Positions 1-8,706 of a stretch of 32,000 bases of DNA are shown here, piece after piece. Position 1 is the first letter of the stretch. Every line of letters begins with the position of its first letter. The stretch lies in NCBI GenBank assembly GCA_004124385.1, contig SCKN01000001.1:246606-278605 (forward strand), read 5' to 3'. The stretch comes from Fidelibacterota bacterium. GTDB taxonomy: Bacteria > Fidelibacterota > Marinisomatia > Marinisomatales > TCS55. The translations under genes and the position numbers were made by a program. Under the pieces are notes generated by a model. The model searched no databases and was not told the origin of the DNA. It was given only the letters and a program-made list of their open reading frames with translations.

Positions 1-738
1 CAAACCAATGACAGATAAAATATTGAACAAATTTGAACCAATAATATTTCCAACCGATATACCACTTTCCTTTTGAAAAGCTGCAACTATAGACGTCGCC
101 AATTCCGGCAAAGAAGTTCCTAAAGCAACTACGGACATACCGATTACCATTTTGCTTACTCCAAGCAATTCAGCAAGAAACACGGCACCTTCTACAAAAA
201 GTTTTGAACCAAAATAGAGAAATATGGATCCAATCAGTAGATAGAAAAAGCATTTTGACATGGAATCTTTACCATGGCTATCTTTTTCTACTTGATGTCG
301 AGGATGAGTGATTGCATACCAAGTATATACAATAATTCCTACAAATAGAATAGCACCTTCCCCGCTACTGATTAATCCATCAGAACAAAAATATATAAAG
401 ATCAAAGCTGCAATTAAATAAATGAAAAGATCCTTACGAATATTTGCATACGTAATCGTCAAAGGAAAAATGAAGGCACTTATTCCTAATACTAATCCTA
501 CATTGGCAATATTTGATCCAATAACATTACCAATAGCAATGGATGATGAATCTTTCGCTGCTGCTAAACTCACTACCATCTCCGGTAATGATGTACCAAA
601 AGCAACTATGGTTAAACCTATCACCAACGGAGACAATCCTAAACGCGAAGCTATATGGGAACCACCACGAACAATTTTTTCTGCTCCAAAAAATAAGAGC
701 AATCCGCCTAATAATAATAATGTTATACTTAAAATCAT
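1..738 (-). CDS. K+-dependent Na+/Ca2+ exchanger-like protein (CaCA family), 3' end truncated by window edge
   Basis: Not in the ORF track. Translating the reverse complement from the ATG at 738..736 gives MILSITLLLLGGLLLFFGAEKIVRGGSHIASRLGLSPLVIGLTIVAFGTSLPEMVVSLAAAKDSSSIAIGNVIGSNIANVG... and ends at the edge with ISVGNIIGSNLFNILSVIGL. Both alpha repeats (GTSLPE, GNVIGSN, GNIIGSNLFN) are recognisable. The start overlaps the nadD stop (ATGA). Confidence 0.92.
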   Translation of the reverse strand, partial: MILSITLLLLGGLLLFFGAEKIVRGGSHIASRLGLSPLVIGLTIVAFGTSLPEMVVSLAAAKDSSSIAIGNVIGSNIANVGLVLGISAFIFPLTITYANIRKDLFIYLIAALIFIYFCSDGLISSGEGAILFVGIIVYTWYAITHPRHQVEKDSHGKDSMSKCFFYLLIGSIFLYFGSKLFVEGAVFLAELLGVSKMVIGMSVVALGTSLPELATSIVAAFQKESGISVGNIIGSNLFNILSVIGL

Positions 739-1319
739 TGAGAATATAGTTTGTGAGCGTTAACATATTCCCAAACAGGTTGAGTAACCATGTAACGAAT
801 TGTTTTATCTTCAGCCCAACGCTTACGTATAGTAGTTGATGATATTTCAAAACGGGGAATATTGGCAAACTGAATTTTTTTCAACACCCAGCTGGGAATT
901 GAGCTAGGTCTAAATCCGGGTCGAATCGCGACTAAAACCTGACATTCGTTTAAAATGTCTTTTGCTTGTTCCCATTTGTGAAAGCGTATCAAAGAGTCAC
1001 TACCAAATAAATAATAAATTTCTTTTGAATTTAAATTTTCAATTTTTTTATATTCCTTAATAGTATCTATTGTAAAAGAAACCCCACCTCTGTCTATATC
1101 AATTTCTGAAATATCAAATTTAGGATTGCCTGCTACAGCCATTTTTAACATAGAAAGTCTGTGATCAACTTTTGAAAAATCATTTTTCAGAGGCGGTTGA
1201 TTTGCAAGAATAAAAATTATTTTTTCGAAATCTTCAGCTTCTGCTACAGTTTGAGCGACTAGTAAATGACCAATATGGGGTGGATCAAATGTACCGCCGA
1301 AAAGGCAAACTTTCTTCAT
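735..1319 (-). CDS. nadD: nicotinate-nucleotide adenylyltransferase NadD
   Basis: N-terminal nucleotidyltransferase motif GGTFDPPHIGHL; C-terminal FEISSTTIRKRWAEDKTIRYMVTQPVWEYV (S-T-x-I-R motif); size 194 aa. Confidence 0.93.
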   Translation of the reverse strand: MKKVCLFGGTFDPPHIGHLLVAQTVAEAEDFEKIIFILANQPPLKNDFSKVDHRLSMLKMAVAGNPKFDISEIDIDRGGVSFTIDTIKEYKKIENLNSKEIYYLFGSDSLIRFHKWEQAKDILNECQVLVAIRPGFRPSSIPSWVLKKIQFANIPRFEISSTTIRKRWAEDKTIRYMVTQPVWEYVNAHKLYSQ

Positions 1320-1331
1320 AACTGATTTATA

Positions 1332-2069
1332 TTAATTATTTTTATTAATAAAACTTTCAGCTTCAGTTAACAAATCATCATCTGAAATCTGATTCCTGTG
1401 ATTTTCCAAATACTCTTTAGCTTCATCTATATCACCTGACAAAACATGGCACTTCACAATCTGGAAATGAGCGTCATCCACCCATTCAGTATCATAATAT
1501 TTCGCCAGTAAATCTTCATACGTAATAATAGCAGATTCATATTCTTCCATTTTAATGTATAATCGAGCTGATTCGAATAGTTTTGTAGAGAGTTTATTAC
1601 GCATTTCTGTAATAGTTGTTAATGCTTCTTCATGAAATTCTGTATTCGGATAATCATCCAAAAATTCCTGTAATTTGCTCAATGCCCGCTCTGTAGAAGA
1701 CTGTTCATGATAATATTTAGGTGATTGTTCGACAAATGATTGACAAATACGCCAACGCGCCTTTTGTACAAAATCACTGAATCCCATACGTCGAATCAGG
1801 CGATCATATTCAGCCATTGCCAAAACATACTCTTTATTTAAAAAATATGATTCTCCTAAATAGAATTGGGCATCATCACCTAAATCAGTGTGTAAACCCC
1901 GAATAGCTACATTGTTAAATTCCTCTTGAGCTCGAAGATAACGTTTTTTCTCCAAGTATCCCATGGCTCGATCAAATTGAACTTGCAAGTCTTCATCTAC
2001 AAGTTTTGTAGATGAACATGAAGTAATTAAGAAGGATGTTAAAATAATTAAAAAATATCGTTTTTTCAT
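1332..2069 (-). CDS. bamD: outer membrane assembly lipoprotein BamD-like (TPR)
   Basis: Lipoprotein signal FLIILTSFLITSCSS; ARGYLEKKRYLRAQEEF-type TPRs, DDAQFYLGESYFLNKEYVLAMAEYDRLIRRMG, typical of the BamD/YfiO family. Confidence 0.83.
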   Translation of the reverse strand: MKKRYFLIILTSFLITSCSSTKLVDEDLQVQFDRAMGYLEKKRYLRAQEEFNNVAIRGLHTDLGDDAQFYLGESYFLNKEYVLAMAEYDRLIRRMGFSDFVQKARWRICQSFVEQSPKYYHEQSSTERALSKLQEFLDDYPNTEFHEEALTTITEMRNKLSTKLFESARLYIKMEEYESAIITYEDLLAKYYDTEWVDDAHFQIVKCHVLSGDIDEAKEYLENHRNQISDDDLLTEAESFINKNN

Positions 2070-2073
2070 TTAT

Positions 2074-2997
2074 TTACCATTTGTATGAAACGGATATACC
2101 GCCAATACCATATTTATTACGTGGGTCATAATACAACCCCACGTCCGTTTTAGATTGTTCAGCTTTGCTTCTGGCTTTGCGCTGGTTTGTAAGCACAGCT
2201 TCAATACCACTTATTACATGGTTAAACATAATAGCAGACACAGCATAATTAGCTAATTTTAAATATTGATTACTTTTATCACGTTCATTGTTATAATCAT
2301 TTTTATTGGGGGTCATAAGAATGATTTCGATAGTATCTTCCACTGTTTTTTCTACTATATAATATTCGAAAATATCATCCCATCCGCCAACAAATTGATC
2401 ATATTTTCCAATATTTTCATAAAAATGCTGATCTTGAAAAATGGATAATTCATCACTATAAATCCACTCTGGATGTGTAACTAATGAATCCGAAGAAACG
2501 AACACACCAAAAGCTTCAGCCAATGAACCTGATAAATGCAATTCAAGTTTATGCGTACCGTCTAGTTTAAAATCTTCGTATTGAATTAGTCCCGTTACAG
2601 GATTCAACAACGTATTCTCTACCCAATTTATTATAGACCAATGATTATCACCAAAAAGTTCATATTGTTTGCGAATATCTTCTGCTTGCTTATTCCATTG
2701 TAACATACCAACTATAGACGCTGCTTCTACGCCAATAAATATAGCGGATTTCCACAGTGGATCCCCATTTTTATATTGACCTAATCCAGGAAGGATAAGC
2801 GAATAGAGCATAGGTTTAGCTGGATAATTAACTAATGTAACTGAATCCTTTATAATATCTTCTGTAGTGTCAGACAAAATAAATTCCGTAGTATTCAAAT
2901 TAAGTGCAGGTTGAAAACGATCATCAAATAAATACAGATCGCCAGCTGATAGCATTGTAGTGAATAGTAATATTAGTATTGTGTTATTCATAATCAA
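2074..2997 (-). CDS. DUF5683-like membrane protein
   Basis: Signal peptide, then AKPMLYSLILPGLGQYKNGDPLWKSAIFIGVEAASI, which resembles the 'PGxGQ' membrane motif of DUF5683 proteins; second hydrophobic segment near the C-terminus. Family call is by resemblance. Confidence 0.5.
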   Translation of the reverse strand: MIMNNTILILLFTTMLSAGDLYLFDDRFQPALNLNTTEFILSDTTEDIIKDSVTLVNYPAKPMLYSLILPGLGQYKNGDPLWKSAIFIGVEAASIVGMLQWNKQAEDIRKQYELFGDNHWSIINWVENTLLNPVTGLIQYEDFKLDGTHKLELHLSGSLAEAFGVFVSSDSLVTHPEWIYSDELSIFQDQHFYENIGKYDQFVGGWDDIFEYYIVEKTVEDTIEIILMTPNKNDYNNERDKSNQYLKLANYAVSAIMFNHVISGIEAVLTNQRKARSKAEQSKTDVGLYYDPRNKYGIGGISVSYKW

Positions 2998-5936
2998 AAT
3001 CCGAATAAGAGTTTGAAATAAAATCTATCTTCTTTACCATAGGTATAAACCTCTTCATTGACTTCTTTTTTAATTATATCCAGTCCGCGATGCATTTCTA
3101 GCTCTATAGCGGTCGGGAAATTATAAAAAGAAAAGCCATTAATCCTCCATTGAATTCCACCAGAGCGAATTAATTTAGATGAATCAAAATCACCTTTCCA
3201 AGCATTTCCGTTTTGATAAACAATGCCCAAAACACTATTTTGTAAAATAAACCAACCTAATTGCACATGCTTTTGAGTAAATAATGGAACGCGGAATGTT
3301 ATGTCATTGATGAGTTGACGTGTTCCTTCAATACTATAAAACGGATACCCCTTCATACCAATCATCCCACCACCAAAGAAATTAAAAAATGGATCTACAT
3401 TATCATTTGATAACCAACCAAATTGCGTTCCTAAAGATATCGTCCAACGATTTGTATGGGGGATTGAAATATGATACGTTCCGCTCACATTTAAACGCCA
3501 AGTATCATTATCTCCATATTCTGCCAATAATGTTCCTGCATCTGATAAATTCAAACCTGTGATAAAATCATTTTGCTCATGCATTGCTGATACATTCGCC
3601 GTATATCCTTTTGCAGGATTTATATTGTTGTCAGCTAGTCTTTTAATATTATTTAGCTGCCACTTGAAACCATTTACCCATCCCTTGTAATAATCATAGG
3701 CAACGCCAGCCATGAGATTTTCCTGTTGAATAGTTTCTTTTACAAACGCTCTATAAACCTGCCAAGTCGAAATTAATTCCATTTGTGAAACACCGAATAA
3801 AGGAAAGCGCATTCCAGCGTTGAATTGAGTTAAACGAAATTTCAAATTATCATCCAATTTATAGGATGAATAAAAATTTGTTTGTTGAATGTTTCGTGTT
3901 ATATAATATACTTCTGCAAACAAAGTTGGATAAAAACGTTTAAATTCAAAAATGAAAAATAAATCAACATCTTTAACGTTATTGATAGTTGCACCACCGA
4001 AAACATTTAATCTTTCCAACACTTCTGATGAGTAAAAATAAAAACCCGGTTTGACAGTATTATAATCTAGCATCAGTCTCGGCAATACAAACATAGTTGT
4101 AAAATCGTCTGTGTAGGTTCTTGATACTGTAAGATCACGATCAACTATAGGATCTGAATGTCCTGAATTTCTCATGAAATAATCCGGACTGTATCCGACA
4201 TTATCATTTTCAACATTTTTCGGATTACTTAATAGCGCAATTTTGTACTGTCCATTTTCATACAGCGAATACACAATTTCACCATCATTATTTATATCAG
4301 GCATAAATGCGCCACCGGTTACGTTGGTGACATAATCATCATCATTTATTCGCAGATTATATATCCCTGACCGATCATCGGAATGAATCATCTGACTGTT
4401 TGAATAATGTACATCACGTTCATCCCAAAGTTCATTTGCGATTAAAACGTCTACCGTTGAATCCATCAATGAGTAATAATAAATATCGCGATAATGATGC
4501 AGCGTTCTATTAAATAATAATCGATGATTTTCCTGATCGTAACTCAATCCGCGTAATATTGAATGATCATCGAAATGGGTTAATTGAGTGACTTGCGTTG
4601 TTTTCAAATCGTAGTGGTAAATATTCTGACTCCCATCATGTGATGACAAAAATGCAAGTGAGCTGTCACTGGAAATAAAAACAGGATGATATGCACGTTT
4701 ATGTTTGGTAATACGTTTCTCCTTCTTTTTATCTAGGTCATAAATATAAATATCAAAGAAACGAGAGCCGTGCTTATTAGGAATCGTTGGTTTTTTGGTA
4801 TAATAAATATATTTTCCCGATGAATGCCATGAAGGCGCAAACAGTGCCCCCCCATCCAATTTTTCACTTTTCTGCTTTTCTGAATCGTATAAAAATAAAT
4901 CTGTTTGCCCGAAATAATCATTTTCCTTATTCGAAATATATGCAATCATCTTTCCATCGGGTGACCACTTGGGATGAAGATTGGTTGTGCCCTTATCGAT
5001 TAGAACTTCACCTTTAATCTCATTCGATTTTATGGATTGAGTTGATTCTTTGTATTCAGTTTCAATCGAAATTTTAAAATCATCATATATTTGAAAACCG
5101 CTTACTCCCGTTGCTTTTTCAATTGCTTTATCGATTGAAAATTGAAGCGGATTTGATAATTCAATCATAATCTGTTTTAATGCATCAGCTCCATAGTTTT
5201 CAGCTATAAAATTGCAAAGAGCAAAACCAGAATTATACGTTGATTCATTGCCGATGCCCTTTTTCCCGAATGTATTCATTTCCGTGAATGATAATAAATT
5301 GTCATTTAATGCTCTGTCACGGAGGATCATATCGCGATGGGAATCCCAATGATCCCAGTCTGCTCCTTCGAACATATATTGCGCAGATCCTTCAGCCAGC
5401 CAAGGTGGAACAACAGCCCCAGGTAATGGATAGCTAACCAATTTTTGAGGAAATCCATAGAGCACATCCTGACGTTTTTCATCTTCATAATCCATCCACT
5501 GGAAATATGCTCCAGGGAATTTCATACCCGCCTTCATGGCTTTTTGCAATGAAATAATATGAGCGAATTCATGTGTAATCACATTCTGAAGCCAGCGGTG
5601 GCTGCCCCGCAATTCGAAGTCCAAAGGTGATACCCAAATAATGATTTTATTATCGTAGTAATAGGCGGCACCATTTGAAATATCATCCAAATCGGTAAAA
5701 ATGATGTCGGTTTTTGTTTGAGGCTCGTAATCATATAGTCCCGTTATGTGAGGAAATATTTGTTCTGCAACGTAGGCACCCTCACGAGCTGAACTTTCTG
5801 TACCTTCATAAAAGTGGATTTGAAAATGATCTGTATCAAATGTCTGCCAATTAATTTCCGGATGGTTGTATCGAAATTGACCAAAAAGCGTGGCCGCAAG
5901 AATGGTCATTGAGCACATGAATTTTATGCGCTGCAT
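2994..5936 (-). CDS. gluzincin-type metalloprotease + TolB-like (PD40) beta-propeller + C-terminal Omp85/BamA-like barrel fusion protein
   Basis: N-terminal VITHEFAHIISLQ (HExxH) followed by PPWLAEGSAQYMFEG (third ligand Glu); central repeats such as HPKWSPDGKMIAYISNKE and YHPVFISSDSSLAFLSSHDG (PD40 type); C-terminal FFGGGMIGMKGYPFYSIEGTRQLINDITFRVPL ... FKLLFGF (Omp85-like GG..G.RGY region, terminal aromatic). Confidence 0.75.
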   Translation of the reverse strand: MQRIKFMCSMTILAATLFGQFRYNHPEINWQTFDTDHFQIHFYEGTESSAREGAYVAEQIFPHITGLYDYEPQTKTDIIFTDLDDISNGAAYYYDNKIIIWVSPLDFELRGSHRWLQNVITHEFAHIISLQKAMKAGMKFPGAYFQWMDYEDEKRQDVLYGFPQKLVSYPLPGAVVPPWLAEGSAQYMFEGADWDHWDSHRDMILRDRALNDNLLSFTEMNTFGKKGIGNESTYNSGFALCNFIAENYGADALKQIMIELSNPLQFSIDKAIEKATGVSGFQIYDDFKISIETEYKESTQSIKSNEIKGEVLIDKGTTNLHPKWSPDGKMIAYISNKENDYFGQTDLFLYDSEKQKSEKLDGGALFAPSWHSSGKYIYYTKKPTIPNKHGSRFFDIYIYDLDKKKEKRITKHKRAYHPVFISSDSSLAFLSSHDGSQNIYHYDLKTTQVTQLTHFDDHSILRGLSYDQENHRLLFNRTLHHYRDIYYYSLMDSTVDVLIANELWDERDVHYSNSQMIHSDDRSGIYNLRINDDDYVTNVTGGAFMPDINNDGEIVYSLYENGQYKIALLSNPKNVENDNVGYSPDYFMRNSGHSDPIVDRDLTVSRTYTDDFTTMFVLPRLMLDYNTVKPGFYFYSSEVLERLNVFGGATINNVKDVDLFFIFEFKRFYPTLFAEVYYITRNIQQTNFYSSYKLDDNLKFRLTQFNAGMRFPLFGVSQMELISTWQVYRAFVKETIQQENLMAGVAYDYYKGWVNGFKWQLNNIKRLADNNINPAKGYTANVSAMHEQNDFITGLNLSDAGTLLAEYGDNDTWRLNVSGTYHISIPHTNRWTISLGTQFGWLSNDNVDPFFNFFGGGMIGMKGYPFYSIEGTRQLINDITFRVPLFTQKHVQLGWFILQNSVLGIVYQNGNAWKGDFDSSKLIRSGGIQWRINGFSFYNFPTAIELEMHRGLDIIKKEVNEEVYTYGKEDRFYFKLLFGF

Positions 5937-5939
5937 AAA

Positions 5940-8672
5940 CTATTTGATAACCCCAATCTTCAAAATTTCTGACTCACTTTTTGTACCGCTTGTTGCTTTA
6001 ATATTCGCGAAGTAAACACCGGATTCTACATCATCAACATTCCACAATTGCTCATGAATGGATCCTTGGGCCAAATTATCCATGGTAAACTTCTTTATAA
6101 AATATCCTGCAAAATCATATATCATAATTTCCACTATTTCTGCTGACTCAACTGCAACGCGTATTTTAACGTTACCATCATAAACCGGGTTTGGATAGGC
6201 GTAGGTTTTGTCTTTATCTATCAAAGCTGTATCCGGTATACGTTTGGGAATATTTAAATGCAGTGTGCGCGTATTTCCAAAATCGTGGTGGGTTGATGTC
6301 CATTCATTGCCATAATTCTCGTTCACTTCATCAAAGAGCCAAATGGCAGATTCTGTCACAATAGCATTGCGACCTTCGTATTTGCTCAAACAAATGAGTT
6401 CGCCATAATCAGTTAAGCGATATTCAAGCTCGCCCTTCCAATTAATTATGATGATTTCTCCTTCTGCATTTTGAACTACTATTTCCGGATGGTTATCACC
6501 ATATAAATTTTTGATTAATACTATTTGAGTAAGAGTATATGGATATAAAGGAAAACCGGATACAGTGATTCCACTTAAATGCCTTACCTCTAACGTTCCA
6601 TAGAAGTCTGGTATGTCGACTAATTGGTTGTCTTCTTTCATCCATCCCAAAAAAACATATTCAGCACTTCCATCCAGATCCAAATCAGCCATAGAAGCAG
6701 ATATCTCTACACTATCTATTGATTCATCATTATTGACAACTTTTGCTGAATAAAAGAAATCATCTGATGATTGTTTGTATTGATGGTTTCCTAAATGATC
6801 ATTGACAAATACTGCATTTGTGAAATCCAAATTATCATAAAATACCCAGTTCATATCATTCAGCTCTGAATTCCATCCAAAATAATTCATATTAGTAGTG
6901 GAACTGTCTTTTTCAAAAACAATTAATTGATTGGTTCCATTAAAATTTCCAACAGATAAATCATAGATCTGATTTGTGGTATAATAAAAATATAGCTTGT
7001 TTGAAATATTGCCTTCTTCAGCAACCCATAAACTATCTTTCCCTCCAACAATTTCCATTACACCATCACCATCAAAATCATATGTTAACCAAATATGAAG
7101 CGATGAATCTGGAAATCCATCCGCCAGCATGGCGTTTGTTACAGAAAATGACATTGTATCTTGGGGTAGTCCAATATTGTTGATGCTCAAATAGGTCGTG
7201 GCGCCGTCATTGCTTTTTGTATTTGGATGAGTAAATGGACCAAATTCCAAGGGTTGCCCCTCTTGATCGGGATATAGTGCTTCGTATTCTGGATTACCCC
7301 GGAACCACATATCCCCAAAATAGCCTCCTGTGGGGTCCGCAAAGAGGAAAATGTTGGGATAGCCGATATCCTGTGCTCCATCGGCTTCTTCAAGGTCTAC
7401 ACCGCGATTTTCACGGTTTCCATTAATCATATAATTTGGAATTCCGCTGTCAATTCGATTTTCGTCAATATGCCAGATTAAAAGTCCGGAAGCAGGTAAA
7501 CCGATATCGTAATCGGAAATTGACGTAACGACACCATTTTCATCCTTTTCTAAAGCAATAGAGTCAAACAGTACTTCTACGAATGGCGGATAGCGTTCTT
7601 TTCCGCTTTGTTCATACATGAGATATCGAGCTGAATCCACGGATACATTTTCACGAAACCAATTGGTACGATTTTCGATGAGAAAATATTCACTGGCATT
7701 AATATTCACTTGAATCAAATTATCTTCCGATCGACTGGCTAATTGTACGTTTGTTCCCGGTTTGACAACAGTTGCCCCTTCCCAACCTACATACATTCTC
7801 GTCCATGCTTCCGGTGGAGATGGAATTAATCCTCGTCCATTATTCGATCCTTGATCCATGAGTCCAAAAACGCCTATACCGGTCTGACCTGATTCCGTGT
7901 CCCATAATGGTGGTAATCCAACTGCAAAACCCATCATGAGAGCAAAAGTACCTGTAAGACCAAATTGATATTCACACGGTGTTGAAGAAGTGGAAAACAT
8001 GGATTCTGCAATGTCATAGAGAAGATGATTTTGCGTTTCAGGTAAAATGATTCCATGTTCTACTGTAGAATTGCCAATTGTTATAGGACCATTTGTGTAT
8101 GTTTGCAGCATTTCAGCGTCAACATATGTGGACGGTATATCCTCGGGAGTCGGATCTAAAAATGGTAGAGAAAAATCCTGCCCTATACCGGCATGGATAA
8201 TGATGACAATATCATCGCTTGATATTTCTACTCCATCTGATGTAAAAGCCAATTCAACACTTTCCTTAAATAATTCAGTAAGCCTTTGCTCATACATATC
8301 ATCTTCACCATAGGGATGGTAATGATCCATTGTGTTTGAGAGGACATAACTCGACTGACTTCCAGCCGGGTAAACTTGAGAATTATTAAGATCAATCCCA
8401 AATTTTTCATACGATACAGCTCTGAAATAATTATCGACTGCTTTTAATTGGGATTCAAAATATGATTTATCGTGTGGAACTGGATCGATAGTGTACTCTG
8501 AACACAAATCCAATTCAGATGAATACAGAAAATCTCCATTACCAGTTGTTCCTTCAATGTCATCATTCTGAAAGGAAACTCGTATAACTTTTACAGTAAT
8601 ATCTCCAGTTATATCTGCAGATAGAGGATAACATATTATCAATACGATGAATAGTGATAATAGGCTTTTCAT
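5940..8672 (-). CDS. M6-family-like (immune inhibitor A-like) peptidase homologue lacking the zinc-binding motif, with C-terminal T9SS sorting domain
   Basis: M6-like landmarks: GTFALMMGFAVGLPPLWDTESGQTGIGVFGLMDQGSNNGRG and GLLIWHIDENRID. Signal peptide MKSLLSLFIVLIICYPLSAD. C-terminal type A sorting-domain pattern YAYPNPVYDGNVKIRVAV...YDFAGYFIKKFT...W(N)VDDVESGVYFANIKAT...KIGVIK. Confidence 0.8.
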   Translation of the reverse strand: MKSLLSLFIVLIICYPLSADITGDITVKVIRVSFQNDDIEGTTGNGDFLYSSELDLCSEYTIDPVPHDKSYFESQLKAVDNYFRAVSYEKFGIDLNNSQVYPAGSQSSYVLSNTMDHYHPYGEDDMYEQRLTELFKESVELAFTSDGVEISSDDIVIIIHAGIGQDFSLPFLDPTPEDIPSTYVDAEMLQTYTNGPITIGNSTVEHGIILPETQNHLLYDIAESMFSTSSTPCEYQFGLTGTFALMMGFAVGLPPLWDTESGQTGIGVFGLMDQGSNNGRGLIPSPPEAWTRMYVGWEGATVVKPGTNVQLASRSEDNLIQVNINASEYFLIENRTNWFRENVSVDSARYLMYEQSGKERYPPFVEVLFDSIALEKDENGVVTSISDYDIGLPASGLLIWHIDENRIDSGIPNYMINGNRENRGVDLEEADGAQDIGYPNIFLFADPTGGYFGDMWFRGNPEYEALYPDQEGQPLEFGPFTHPNTKSNDGATTYLSINNIGLPQDTMSFSVTNAMLADGFPDSSLHIWLTYDFDGDGVMEIVGGKDSLWVAEEGNISNKLYFYYTTNQIYDLSVGNFNGTNQLIVFEKDSSTTNMNYFGWNSELNDMNWVFYDNLDFTNAVFVNDHLGNHQYKQSSDDFFYSAKVVNNDESIDSVEISASMADLDLDGSAEYVFLGWMKEDNQLVDIPDFYGTLEVRHLSGITVSGFPLYPYTLTQIVLIKNLYGDNHPEIVVQNAEGEIIIINWKGELEYRLTDYGELICLSKYEGRNAIVTESAIWLFDEVNENYGNEWTSTHHDFGNTRTLHLNIPKRIPDTALIDKDKTYAYPNPVYDGNVKIRVAVESAEIVEIMIYDFAGYFIKKFTMDNLAQGSIHEQLWNVDDVESGVYFANIKATSGTKSESEILKIGVIK

Positions 8673-8706
8673 ATTGGAAATATTGTGAAAGGGAAATTAT
8701 GGAATT

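Noticed and set aside
422-868. ORFs 422..763 (+), 543..749 (+) and 527..868 (-) as genes
   Set aside because: They are antisense or out-of-frame to the exchanger and nadD frames, whose proteins show clear family motifs.
6974-8410. Cluster of small ORFs within the M6-like gene (6974..7183, 7187..7393, 7235..7426, 8047..8313, 8228..8410)
   Set aside because: All overlap the long 5940..8672 frame, which has consistent domain content from end to end.
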